This document shows positions 39,241 through 53,182 of a DNA stretch of 64,000 nucleotides, piece after piece. How positions within the stretch are numbered: the first letter of the stretch is position 1; the number at the start of each line of letters is the position of its first letter. The notes under the pieces are model-generated. The model saw nothing but the letters and a program-made list of their open reading frames with translations, searched no databases and had not been told where the DNA came from. The stretch covers positions 418,181-482,180 of the forward strand of contig CM082584.2 in assembly GCA_040954595.2 (NCBI GenBank), in the 5' to 3' direction. The position numbers and the translations under genes are program-made. The DNA is from Balanoglossus misakiensis (lineage: Eukaryota; Animalia; Hemichordata).

Positions 39241-42200
39241 AGCGTTCGTTAGCAACGTTGATCAAGTCAGATTTCCTACGGCATGGCTTTGCTAAAGCCC
39301 TGACACTCTAGAGCAGAAACACGCGTACAGAGACCACGTTGATCGACTAACATTTCCTTCGGCCTGGCACGGCTGATGCCCCGGCACTATATATAGGACA
39401 CAGACTGGCGTAAGTTAACAACGGTAATCACGTCGGGTTTCCTACGGCCTGGCTCAGCTGAAGCCCCGGCACTCTAGAGCAGAAACAGGCGTACATTGAC
39501 CACGTTGATCAAGTCAGATTTCCTACGGCGTGACTCGGCTGGTGAACCGGCTCTATATGACACAGACTGGCGTAAGTTATCAACGGTGATTACGTCGGAT
39601 TTCCTACGGCCTGGTTTAGCTGAAGCCCCGGCACTTTAGAGCGGAAACACGCGTACATTGACCACGATGATCAAGGCAGATCTCCTACGGCCTGGCTCGA
39701 CTAAAACCCCGGCACACCATGACAGACACTAGCGTTCGTTAGCAACGGTGATCAAGTCGGATTTCCTTCGGCCTGGCTCTGCAAAAGACCCGACACTCTA
39801 GTACAAAGACGTTGGCTAAGTCGGGCAAACCGAAGAGGGAAAGTCACAGCGGGTCAACACTCGACATTTGTTCGGGTAGGACTGCATTATTGCCTGTCAA
39901 TTTATAGAGAAAGCCCGAATTTAACCAGGGCGTTACAAACACCGACGTTAGTTGGGGGCACGGCCTGCAGTACTGACGGGTAAGCTGACATCGGCGTACC
40001 GCATATAATATAGGGGGGGGGGGGGAAACAGAACGGTTCAATACTACATTTATTAGATATCAGCTAATTTTGGACAATCATCTAAAATCTAAATCATTTT
40101 TTCATATTTGGATATCTGATGATGTATGAAATTTCCATTATATGTAAAAATGGTGCTGATTATAAAAAATGCACTCTGAATGAACTGATTTAATACAAAA
40201 TTACGTTTTATTCGTTTTTGCACCTAAAAGGTCATTTTTAGGCAAAACATTCTTTATTTTTTTAATTCGGTGACCTGATCATATATAAAGAATGGCTTGT
40301 ATGTTAAAAGTTTTTATGACTTTTAAAAGCAGTGACACTGGCGGCATTCAACACGAAAATAACAATTTTAGCCACAATTTGGTCAAAATGGAAAATTTTT
40401 CAAAATTACAAAAAATACCCTTTTCTACATTTTCGGAAATCTGAAGGAGTATAGAAGGCTCTTCGTATGTATATATCGATACAAATTCCACAAAAAACCG
40501 TCTAATTTGGCTCACTGCAGACAAAATTGCGTTTTACCAAATTTTCCTTGAAAATGTCATTTTTAGAAAAAAAAATAAAGAAAACCTTTGTTCTTCGAAT
40601 TTGGTGCCCCGATCATATATGACATGTTGATTGTATGTTAAAAGTTTCGACCACTCCAAAAATGCAGAGATATTGACGGAATTCAAGAAAAAATAGCCAT
40701 TTTGGCCATATTTTGACAAAAATGGTAAAATTTTAAAAAATCATAAAAAATTAACTCTTTTCTTCATTTTCGGAAATATTATGGAGCATGAAGTGTCGTT
40801 CTCTTGTAAAAAGTGCTGCAAATTCCAGAAAAGGTGGTATAATTTGAATCACCCAAGACAAAATTACCATTTTCGCCTTTGTTTCGAAAAATTGTCTTTT
40901 TTACAAAATAAATAAGAATAAATTCTTTTCTTAGTTTCAAACGGGTAGAGATACTTTCTACACGGGTTTTCTAACATTGAATTCCCGTTCATCAACTCAG
41001 ATTTCCTACAGCATAAGTCGGCTAAAACCCTGAGACTTTAGAGCAGAAACAGTTGCACACTGGTAACGTTGAACAAGTCGATTTTTCTACGGCCTGGCTC
41101 GGCTAAATCTCCGTCACAATATGACAGACACTAGCGTACGTTAGCAACGGTGATCAAGTCAGATTTTCTACGGCATGGCTTGGATAAAGCCCCGGCACTC
41201 TAGAGCAGAAACACGCGTACAGAGACCACGTTGATCAAGTCTGATCTCCTACGGCTTGGCTCGACTAAAACCCCGGCACACTATGACAGACATTAGCGTT
41301 CGTTAGCAACGTTGATCAAGTCAGATTTCCTACGGCATGGCTTGGCTAAAGCCCTGGCACTCTAGAGCAGAAACACGCGTACAGAGACCACGTTGATCTA
41401 CTCACATTTCCTTCGGCCTGGCACGGCTGATGCCCCGGCACTATATATAGGACACAAACTGGCGTAAGTTAACAACGGTAATCACGTCGGGTTTCCCACG
41501 GCCTGGCTCAGCTGAAGCCCCGGCACTCTAGAGCAGAAACAGGCGTACATTGACCACGTTGATCAAGTAAGATTTCCTACGGCGTGACTCGGCTGGTGCA
41601 CCGGCTCTATATGACACAGACTGGCGTAAGTTATCAACGGTGATTACGTCGGATTTCCTACGGCCTGGTGTAGCTGTAGCCCCGGCCCTTTAGAGCGGAA
41701 ACACGCGTACATTGACCACGATAATCAAGTCAGATCTCCTACGGCCTGGCTCGACTAAAACCCCGGCACACCATGACAGACACTAGCGTTCGTTAGCAAC
41801 GGTGATCAAGTCTGATTTCCTTCGGCCTGGCTCTGCAAAAGACCCGACACATTAGTACAAAGACGTTGGCTAAGTCGGGCAAACCGAAGAGGGAAAGTCA
41901 CAGCGGGTCAATACTCGACATTTGTTCCGGTAGGACTACATTATTGGCTGTCAATTTATAGAGAAAGCCCGAATTTAACCAGGGCGTTTCAAACACCGAC
42001 GTTAGTTGTGGGCACGGCCTGCAGTACTGATGGGTAAGCTGACATCGGCGTACCGCATGTAATGTAGGGGGGGGGGGGGACAGAACGGTTCAATACTACA
42101 TTTATTAGATATCAGCTACTTTAGGACAATCATCTAAAATCTAAATCATTTTTTCATATTTGGATATCTGATGATGTATGAAATTTCCATTATATGTAAA

Positions 42201-45200
42201 AATGGTGCTGATTATAAAAAATGCACTCTGAATGAGCTGATTTAATACAAAATTGCGTTTTATTCGTTTTTGCACCAAAAAGGTCATTTTTAGGCAAAAC
42301 ATTCTTTATTCTTTAAATTCGGTGACCTGATCATATATAAACAATTGCTTGTATGTTAAAAGTTTTAATGACTTTTATAAGCAGTGACACTGGCGGCATT
42401 CAACGCGAAAATAACAATTTTAGCCACAATTCGGTCAAAATGGTAAATTTTTGAAAATTACAAAAAATACCTGTTTTCTACATTTTCGGAAATCTGATGG
42501 AGTATAGAATGCTCTTCGTATGTATATATCGATACAAATTCCACAAAAGACCGTCTAATTTGGCTCACTGCAGACAAAATTGCGTTTTACCAAATTTTCC
42601 TTGAAAATGTCATTTTTAGAAAAAAAAATAAAAAACCTTTGTTCTTCGAATTTAGTGCCTGATCATATATGACATGTTGATTGTATGTTAAAACTTTCGA
42701 CCACTCCAAAAATGCTGAGATATTGACGGAATTCAAGAAAAAATAGCCATTTTGGCCATATTTTGACAAAAATGGTAAATTTTTAAAAAATCATAAAAAA
42801 TTAACTCTTTTCTTCATTTTCGGAAATATTATAGAGCATGAAGTGTCGTTCTCTTGTAAAAAGTGCTGCAAATTCCAGAAAAGGCGGTATAATTTGAATC
42901 ACCCAAGACAAAATTACCATTTTCGACTTTTTTTCGAAATATTGTTTTTTTACAAAATAAATAAGAATAAATTCTTTTCTTAGTTCCAAACGGGTAGAGA
43001 TACTTTCCACACGGATTTCTAACATTGAATTCCCGTTCATCAACTCAGATTTCCTACAGCATAAGTCGGCTAAAACCCTGACACTCTAGAGCAGAAACAG
43101 TTGCACACTGGTAACGTTGAACAAGTCGATTTTTCTACGGCCTGGCTCGGCTAAATCTCCGTCACAATATGACAGACACTAGCGTACGTTAGCAACGGTG
43201 ATCAAGTCAGATTTTCTACGGCATGGCTTGGATAAAGCCCCGGCACTCTAGAGCAGAAACACGCGTACAGAGACCACGTTGATCAAGTCTGATCTCCTAC
43301 GGCTTGGCTCGACTAAAACCCCGGCACACTATGACAGACATTAGCGTTCGTTAGCAACGTTGATCAAGTCAGATTTCCTACGGCATGGCTTGGCTAAAGC
43401 CCTGGCACTCTAGAGCAGAAACACGCGTACAGAGACCACGTTGATCTACTCACATTTCCTTCGGCCTGGCACGGCTGATGCCCCGGCACTATATATAGGA
43501 CACAAACTGGCGTAAGTTAACAACGGTAATCACGTCGGGTTTCCCACGGCCTGGCTCAGCTGAAGCCCCGGCACTCTAGAGCAGAAACAGGCGTACATTG
43601 ACCACGTTGATCAAGTAAGATTTCCTACGGCGTGACTCGGCTGGTGCACCGGCTCTATATGACACAGACTGGCGTAAGTTATCAACGGTGATTACGTCGG
43701 ATTTCCTACGGCCTGGTGTAGCTGAAGCCCCGGCCCTTTAGAGCGGAAACACGCGTACATTGACCACGATAATCAAGTCAGATCTCCTACGGCCTGGCTC
43801 GACTAAAACCCCGGCACACCATGACAGACACTAGCGTTCGTTAGCAACGGTGATCAAGTCTGATTTCCTTCGGCCTGGCTCTGCAAAAGACCCGACACAT
43901 TAGTACAAAGACGTTGGCTAAGTCGGGCAAACCGAAGAGGGAAAGTCACAGCGGGTCAATACTCGACATTTGTTCCGGTAGGACTACATTATTGGCTGTC
44001 AATTTATAGAGAAAGCCCGAATTTAACCAGGGCGTTTCAAACACCGACGTTAGTTGTGGGCACGGCCTGCAGTACTGATGGGTAAGCTGACATCGGCGTA
44101 CCGCATGTAATGTAGGGGGGGGGGGACAGAACGGTTCAATACTACATTTATTAGATATCAGCTACTTTAGGACAATCATCTAAAATCTAAATCATTTTTT
44201 CATATTTGGATATCTGATGATGTATGAAATTTCCATTATATGTAAAAATGGTGCTGATTATAAAAAATGCACTCTGAATGAGCTGATTTAATACAAAATT
44301 GCGTTTTATTCGTTTTTGCACCAAAAAGGTCATTTTTAGGGAAAACATTCTTTATTCTTTAAATTCGGTGACCTGATCATATATAAACAATTGCTTGTAT
44401 GTTAAAAGTTTTAATGACTTTTATAAGCAGTGACACTGGCGGCATTCAACGCGAAAATAACAATTTTAGCCACAATTCGGTCAAAATGGTAAATTTTTGA
44501 AAATTACAAAAAATACCTGTTTTCTACATTTTCGGAAATCTGATGGAGTATAGAATGCTCTTCGTATGTATATATCGATACAAATTCCACAAAAGACCGT
44601 CTAATTTGGCTCACTGCAGACAAAATTGCGTTTTACCAAATTTTCCTTGAAAATGTCATTTTTAGAAAAAAAAATAAAAAACCTTTGTTCTTCGAATTTA
44701 GTGCCTGATCATATATGACATGTTGATTGTATGTTAAAACTTTCGACCACTCCAAAAATGCTGAGATATTGACGAAATTCAAGAAAAAATAGCCATTTTG
44801 GCCATATTTTGACAAAAATGGTAAATTTTTAAAAAATCATAAAAAATTAACTCTTTTCTTCATTTTCGGAAATATTATAGAGCATGAAGTGTCGTTCTCT
44901 TGTAAAAAGTGCTGCAAATTCCAGAAAAGGCGGTATAATTTGAATCACCCAAGACAAAATTACCATTTTCGACTTTTTTTCGAAATATTGTTTTTTTACA
45001 AAATAAATAAGAATAAATTCTTTTCTTAGTTCCAAACGGGTAGAGATACTTTCCACACGGATTTCTAACATTGAATTCCCGTTCATCAACTCAGATTTCC
45101 TACAAGTCGGCTAAAACCCTGACACTCTAGAACAGAAACAGTTGCACACTGGTAACGTTGAACAAGTCGATTTTTCTACGGCCTGGCTCGGCTAAATCTC

Positions 45201-45791
45201 CGTCACAATATGACAGACACTAGCGTAGGTTAGCAACGGTGATCAAGTCAGATTTTCTACGGCATGGCTTGGATAAAGCCCCGGCACTCCAGAGCAGAAA
45301 CACGCGTACAGAGACCACGTTGATCAAGTCTGATCTCCTACGGCTTGGTTCGACTAAAACCCCGGCACACTATGACAGACACTAGCGTTCGTTAGCAACG
45401 GTGATCAAGTTAGATTTTCTACGGCATGGCTTGGCTAAAGCCCTGGCACTCTAGAGCAGAAACACGCGTACAGAGACCACGTTGATCTATTCACATTTCC
45501 TTCGGCCTGGCACGGCTGATGCCCCGGCACTATATATAGGACACAAACTGGCGTAAGTTAACAACGGTAATCACGTCGGGTTTCCTACGGCCTGGCTCAG
45601 CTGAAGCCCCGGCTCTCTAGAGCAGAAACAGGCGTACATTGACCACGTTGATCAAGTAAGATTTCCTACGGCGTGACTCGGCTGGTACACCGGCTCTATA
45701 TGACACAGACTGGCGTAAGTTATCAACGGTGATTACGTCGGATTTCCTACGGCCTGGTTTAGCTGAAGCCCCGGCACTTTAGAGCGGAAAC

Positions 45792-46786
45792 ATGTAGAAA
45801 ACAGGTATTTTTTGTAATTTTCAAAAATTTACCATTTTGACCGAATTGTGGCTAAAATTGTTATTTTCGTGTTGAATGCCGCCAGTGTCACTGCTTTTAA
45901 TAGTCATAAAAACTTTTAACATACAAGCAATTGTTTATATATGATAAGGTCACCGTATTAAAAAAATAAAGAATGTTTTGACTAAAAATGACCTTTTTGG
46001 TGCAAAAACGAATAAAACGCAATTTTGTATTAAATCAGCTCATTCAGAGTGCATTTTTTATAATCAGCACCATTTTTACATATAATGGAAATTTCATACA
46101 TCATCAGATATCCAAATATGAAAAAATGATTTAGATTTTAGATGATTGTCCAAAAGTAGCTGATATCTAATAAATGTAGTATTGAACCGTTCTGTCCCCC
46201 CCCCCCTACATTACATGCGGTACGCCGATGTCAGCTTACCCATCAGTACTGCAGGCCGTGCCCACAACTAACGTCGGTGTTTGAAACGCCCTGGTTAAAT
46301 TCGGGCTTTCTCTATAAATTGACAGGCAATAATGTAGTCCTACCGGAACAAATGTCGAGTTTTGACCCGCTGTGACTTTCCCTCTTCGGTTTGCCCGACT
46401 TAGCCAACGTCTTTGTACTAGAGTGTCGGGTCTTTTGCAGAGCCAGGCCGAAGGAAATCCGACTTGATCACCGTTGCTAACGAACGCTAGTGTCTGTCAT
46501 GGTGTGCCGGGGTTTTAGTCGAGCCAGGCCGTAGGAGATCTGACTTGATCATCGTGGTCAATGTACGCGTGTTTCCGCTCTAAAGTGCCGGGGCTTCAGC
46601 TAAACCAGGCCGTAGGAAATCCGACGTAATCACCGTTGATAACTTACGCCAGTCTGTGTCATATAGAGCCGGTGTACCAGCCGAGTCACGCCGTAGGAAA
46701 TCTTACTTGATCAACGTGGTCAATGTACGCCTGTTTCTGCTCTAGAGAGCCGGGGCTTCAGCTGAGCCAGGCCGTAGGAAACCCGA
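45792..46786 (+). repeat. ~1-kb re-inverted partial monomer (forward island inside the reverse arm)
   Basis: Reverse-orientation GGAAACA switches to forward TGTAGAAAACAGG at ~45792. Forward GGAAACCCGA switches back to reverse TTTTTCTACGG at ~46786. Confidence 0.95.
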
Positions 46787-49700
46787 TTTTTCTACGGCCT
46801 GGCTCGGCTAAATCTCGTCACAATATGACAGACACTAGCGTACGTTAGCAACGGTGATCAAGTCAGATTTTCAACGGCATGGGTTGGATAAAGCCCCGGC
46901 ACTCTAGAGCAGAAACACGCGTACAGAGACCACGTTGATCAAGTCTGATCTCCTACGGCTTGGCTCGACTAAAACCCCGGCACACTATGACAGACACTAG
47001 CGTTCGTTAGCAACGTTGATCAAGTCAGATTTCCTACGGCATGGCTTTGCTAAAGCCCTGACACTCTAGAGCAGAAACACGCGTACAGAGACCACGTTGA
47101 TCTACTCACATTTCCATCGGCCTGGCACGGCTGATGCCCCGGCACTATATATAGGACACAGACTGGCGTAAGTTAACAACGGTGATTACGTCGGATTTCC
47201 TACGGCCTGGTTTAGCTGAAGCCCCGGCACTTTAGAGCGGAAACACGCGTACATTGACCACGTTGATCAAGTCAGATTTCCTTCGGCGTGACTCGGCTGG
47301 TGCACCGGCTCTATATGACACAGACTGGCGTAAGTTATCAACGGTGATTACGTCGGATTTCCTACGGCCTGGTTTAGCTGAAGCCCCGGCACTTTAGAGC
47401 GGAAACACGCGTACATTGACCACGATGATCAAGTCAGATCTCCTACGGCTTGGCTCGACTAAAACCCCGGCACACCATGACAGACACTAGCGTTCGTTAG
47501 CAACGGTGATCAAGTCGGATTTCCTTCGGCCTGGCTCTGCAAAAGACCCGACACTCTAGTACAAAGACGTTGGCTAAGTCGGGCAAACCGAAGAGGGAAA
47601 GTCACAGCGGGTCAACACTCGACATTTGGTCGGGTAGGACTGCATTATTGCCTGTCAATTTATAGAGAAAGCCCGAATTTAACCAGGGCGTTCCAAACAC
47701 CGACGTTAGTTGGGGGCACGGCCTGCAGTACTGCCGGGTAAGCTGACATCGGCGTACCGCATATAATGTAAGGGGGGGGGGGGGACAGAACGGTTCAATA
47801 CTACATTTATTAGATATCAGCTAATTTTGGACAATCATCTAAAATCTAAATCATTTTTTCATATTTGGATATCTGATGATGTATGAAATTTCCATTATAT
47901 GTAAAAATGGTGCTTATTATAAAACATGCACTCTGAATGAACTGATTTAATACAAGATTGCGTTTTATTCGTTTTTGCGCCAAAAAGGTCATTTTTAGGC
48001 AAAACATTCTTTATATTTTTAATTCGGTGACCTGATCATATATAAACAATTGCTTGTATGTTAAAAGTTTTTATGACTTTTAAAAGCAGTGACACTGGTG
48101 GCATTCATCACGAAAATAACAATTTTAGCCACAATTTGGTCAAAATGGTAAATTTTTGAAAATTACAAAAAATACCTGTTTTCTACATTTTCGGAAATCT
48201 GATGGAGTATAGAATGCTCTTCGTATGTATATATCGATACAAATTCCACAAAAGACCGTCTAATTTGGCTCACTGCAGACAAAATTGCGTTTTACCAAAT
48301 TTTCCTTGAAAATGTCATTTTTAGAAAAAAAAATAAAAAAACCTTTGTTCTTCGAATTTGGTGCCCTGATCATATATGACATGTTGATTGTATGTTAAAA
48401 CTCTCGACCACTCCAAAAATGCAGAGATATTGACGGAATTCAAGAAAAATAGCCATTTTGGCCATATTTTGACAAAAATGGTAAATTTTTGAAAAATCAT
48501 AAAAAATTAACTCTTTTCTTCATTTTCGGAAATATTATGGAGCATGAAGTGTCGTTCTCTTGCAAAAAGTGCTGCAAATTCCAGAAAAGGCGGTATAATT
48601 TGAATCACCCAAGACAAAATTACCATTTTCAACTTTTTTTCGAAAAATTGTCTTTTTTTACAAAATAAATAAGAATAAATTCTTTTCTTAGTTTCAAACG
48701 GGTAGAGATACTTTCCACACGGGTTTTCTAACATTGAATTCCCGTTCATCAACTCAGATTTCCTACAGCATAAGTCGGCTAAAACCCTGACACTCTAGAG
48801 CAGAAACAGTTGCACACTGGTAACGTTGAACAAGTCGATTTTTCTACGACCTGGCTCGGCTAAATCTCCGTCACAATATGACAGACACTAGCGTACGTTA
48901 GCAACGGTGATCAAGTCAGATTTTCTACGGCATGGCTTGGATAAAGCCCCGGCACTCTAGAGCAGAAACACGCGTACAGAGACCACGTTGATCAAGTCTG
49001 ATCTCCTACGGCTTGGCTCGACTAAAACCCCGGCACACTATGACAGACACTAGCGTTCGTTAGCAACTTTGATCAAGTCAGATTTCCTACGGCATGGCTT
49101 AACTAAAGCCCTGGCACTCTAGAGCAGAAACACGCGTACAGAGACCACGTTGATCTTCTCACATTTCCTTCGGCCTGGCACGGCTGATGCCCCGGCACTA
49201 TATATAGGACACAGACTGGCGTAAGTTAACAACGGTAATCACGTCGGGTTTTCTTACGGCCTGGCTCAGCTGAAGCCCCGGCACTCTAGAGCAGAAACAG
49301 GCGTACATTGACCACGTTGATCAAGTCAGATTTCCTACGGCGTGACTCGGCTGGTGCACCGGCTCTATATGACACAGACTGGCGTAAGTTATCAACGGTG
49401 ATTACGTCGGATTTCCTACGGCCTGGTTTAGCTGAAGCCCCGGCACTTTAGAGCGGAAACACGCGTACATTGACCACGATGATCAAGTCAGATCTCCTAC
49501 GGCCTGGCTCGACTAAAACCCCGGCACACCATGACAGACACTAGCGTTAGTTAGCAACGGTGATCAAGTCGGATTTCCTTCGGCCTGGCTCTGCAAAAGA
49601 CCCGAAACTCTAGTACAAAGACGTTGGCTAAGTCGGGCAAACCGAACAGGGAAAGTCACAGCGGTTCAACACTTGACATTTGTTCCGGTAGGACTGCATT

Positions 49701-52700
49701 ATTGCCTGTCGATTTATAGAGAGAGCCCGAATTTAACCAGGGCGTTTCAAACACCGACGTTTGTTGGGGGCACGGCCTACAGTACTGCCGGGTAAGCTGA
49801 CATCGGCGTACCGCATATAATGTAAGGGGGGGGGGGGCAGAACGGTTCAATACTACATTTATTAGATATCAGCTAATTTTGGACAATCATCTAAAATCTA
49901 AATCATTTTTTCATATTTGGATATCTGATGATTTTTTGTATGAAATTTCCATTATATGTAAAATTGGTGCTTATTATAAAACATGCACTCTGAATGAACT
50001 GATTTAATACAAGGTTGCGTTTTATTCGTTTTTGCACCAAAAAGGTCATTTTTAGGCAAAACATTCTTTATTTTTTTAATTCGGTGACCTGATCATATAT
50101 AAACAATTGCTTGTATGTTAAACGTTTTAATGACTTTTAAAAGCAGTGACACTGGCGGCATTCATCACGAAAATAACAATTTTAGCCACAATTTAGTCAA
50201 AATGGTAAATTTTTGAAATTTACAAAAAATACCTGTTTTCTACATTTTCGGAAATCTGATGGAGTGTAGAATGCTCTTCGTATGTATATATCGATACAAT
50301 TTCCACAAAAGACCGTCTAATTTGGCTCACTGCAGACAAAATTGCGTTTTACCAAATTTTCCTTGAAAATGTCATTTTTAGAAAAAAAAAAAAAAAAACC
50401 TTTGTTCTTCGAATTTGGTGCCCTGATCATATATGACATGTTGATTGTATGTTAAAACTCTCGACTACTCCAAAAATGCTGAGATATTGATGGAATTCAA
50501 GAAAAATAGCCATTTTGGCCATATTGTGACAAAAATGGTAAATTTTTGAAAAATCATAAAAAATTAACTCTTTTCTTCATTTTCGGAAATATTATGGAGC
50601 ATGAAGTGTCGTTCTCTTGTAAAAAGTGCTGCAAATTCCAGAAAAGGCGGTATAATTTGAATCACCCAAGACAAAATTGCAATTTTTCGACTTTTTTTTC
50701 GAAAAATTGTCTTTTTTACAAAATAAATAAGAATAAATTCTTTTCTTAGTTTCAAACGGGTAGAGATACTTTCCACACGGGTTTTCTAACATTGAATTCC
50801 CGTTCATCAACTCAGATTTCCTACAGCATAAGTCGGCTAAAACCCTGACACTCTAGAGCAGAAACAGTTGCACACTGGTAACGTTGAACAAGTCGATTTT
50901 TCTACGGCCTGGCTCGGCTAAATCTCCGTCACAATATGACAGACACTAGCGTACGTTAGCAACGGTGATCAAGTCAGATTTCCTACGGCATGGCTTGGCT
51001 AAAGCCCTGGCACTCTAGAGCAGAAACACGCGTACAGAGACCACGTTGATCTACTCACATTTCCTTCGGCCTGGCACGGCTGATGCCCCGGCACTATATA
51101 TAGGACACAAACTGGCGTAAGTTAACAACGGTAATCACGTCGGGTTTCCTACGGCCTGGCTCAGCTGAAGCCCCGGCACTCTAGAGCAGAAACAGGCGTA
51201 CATTGACCACGTTGATCAAGTCAGATTTCCTACGGCGTGACTCGGCTGGTGCACCGGCTCTATATGACACAGACTGGCGTAAGTTATCAACGGTGATTAC
51301 GTCGGATTTCCTACGGCCTGGTTTAGCTGAAGCCCCGGCACTTTAGAGCGGAAACACGCGTACATTGACCACGATGATCAAGTCAGATCTCCTACGGCCT
51401 GGCTCGACTAATACCCCGGCACACCATGACAGACACTAGCGTTCGTTAGCAACGGTGATCAAGTCGGATTTCCTTCGGCCTGGCTCTGCAAAAGACCCGA
51501 CACTCTAGTACAAAAACGTTGGCTAAGTTGGGCAAACCGAAGAGGGAAAGTCGCAGCGGGTCAACACTCGACATTTGTTCCGGTAGGACTGCATTATTGC
51601 CTGTCGATTTATAGAGAGAGCCCGAATTTAACCAGGGCGTTTCAAACACCGACGTTTGTTGGGGGCACGGCCTACAGTACTGCCGGGTAAGCTGACATCG
51701 GCGTACCGCATATAATGTAAGGGGGGGGGGGGGACAGAACGGTTCAATACTACATTTATTAGATATCAGCTAATTTTGGACAATCATCTAAAATCTAAAT
51801 CATTTTTTCATATTTGGATATCTGATGATGTATGAAATTTCCATTATATGTAAAAATGGTGCTTATTATAAAACATGCACTCTGAATGAACTGATTTAAT
51901 ACAAGATTGCGTTTTATTCGTTTTTGCACCAAAAAGGTCATTTTTAGGCAAAACATTCTTTATATTTTTAATTCGGTGACCTGATCATATATAAACAATT
52001 GCTTGTATGTTAAACGTTTTTATGACTTTTAAAAGCAGTGACACTGGCGGCATTCATCACGAAAATAACAATTTTAGCCACAATTTGGTCAAAATGGTAA
52101 ATTTTTGAAAATTACAAAAATACCTGTTTTCTACATTTTCGGAAATCTGATGGAGTATAGAATGCTCTTCGTATGTATATATCGATACAAATTCCACAAA
52201 AGACCGTCTAATTTGGCTCACTGCAGACAAAATTGCGTTTTACCAAATTTTCCTTGAAAATGTCATTTTTAGAAAAAAAAATAAAAAAACCTTTGTTCTT
52301 CGAATTTGGTGCCCTGATCATATATGACATGTTGATTGTATGTTAAAACTCTCGACCACTCCAAAAATGCAGAGATATTGACGGAATTCAAGAAAAATAG
52401 CCATTTTGGCCATATTTTGAGAAAAATGGTAATTTTTTGAAAAATCATAAAAAATTAACTCTTTTCTTCATTTTCGGAAATATTATGGAGCATGAAGTGT
52501 CGTTCTCTTGTAAAAAGTGCTGCAAATTCCAGAAAAGGCGGTATAATTTGAATCACCCAAGACAAAATTGCAATTTTTCGACTTTTTTTCGAAAAATTGT
52601 CTTTTTTACAAAATAAATAAGAATAAATTATTTTCTTAGTTTCAAAAGGGTAGAGACACTTTCCACACAGGTTTTTTAACATTGAATTCCCATTCATCAA

Positions 52701-52904
52701 CTCAGATTTCCTACAGCATAAGTCGGCTAAAACCCTGACACTCTAGAGCAGAAACAGTTGCACAATGGTAACGTTGAACAAGTCGATTTTTCTACGGCCT
52801 GGCTCGGCTAAATCTCCGTCACACTAGTCCTGTTTCAAAATGACCTACATTACACGTCCTATACACATGTATTGCATGTTCTGATTGGTTTATCCGCTTC
52901 TCTA

Positions 52905-53182
52905 AGGTCCACTTGCGGCACGCTGATTGGAGGGACCTTGTAGGTTAGGTCCTATTACTATGTATTATTCATTAGACCTTGTAGGTTAGGTCTTATTACT
53001 ATGCATTATTCACTTTACAGCTCCCTGATTGGTTAACGTGTCAGTCTGGTCCCCCATGTGTTCACTGTCTCATTATACAGGACCTTGTAGGTTATGTCTT
53101 ATTAATATGTATTTATTCACCATACAGCTCCCTGATTGGTTAACGTGTCAGTCTGGTCCCCCCAGTGTTCACTGCCTCATTG
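52905..53182 (+). repeat. Left subterminal arm of the TIR element: inverted repeat plus internal 41-bp and ~106-bp tandem repeats
   Basis: A 35-bp perfect inverted repeat (52905-52939 vs 54053-54087) extends imperfectly to ~53040/53951. GACCTTGTAGGTTA recurs at 52934, 52975 and 53081. Confidence 0.9.

Larger units (their letters stand above)
30786..45791 (-). repeat. Same satellite, reverse orientation (arm 1)
   Basis: The reverse-complement anchor AATTTGGCTC ends at 32623, 33679, 36218, 38267, 40513, 42566 and 44612. The same pseudo-ORFs now appear on the minus strand. Confidence 0.97.
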
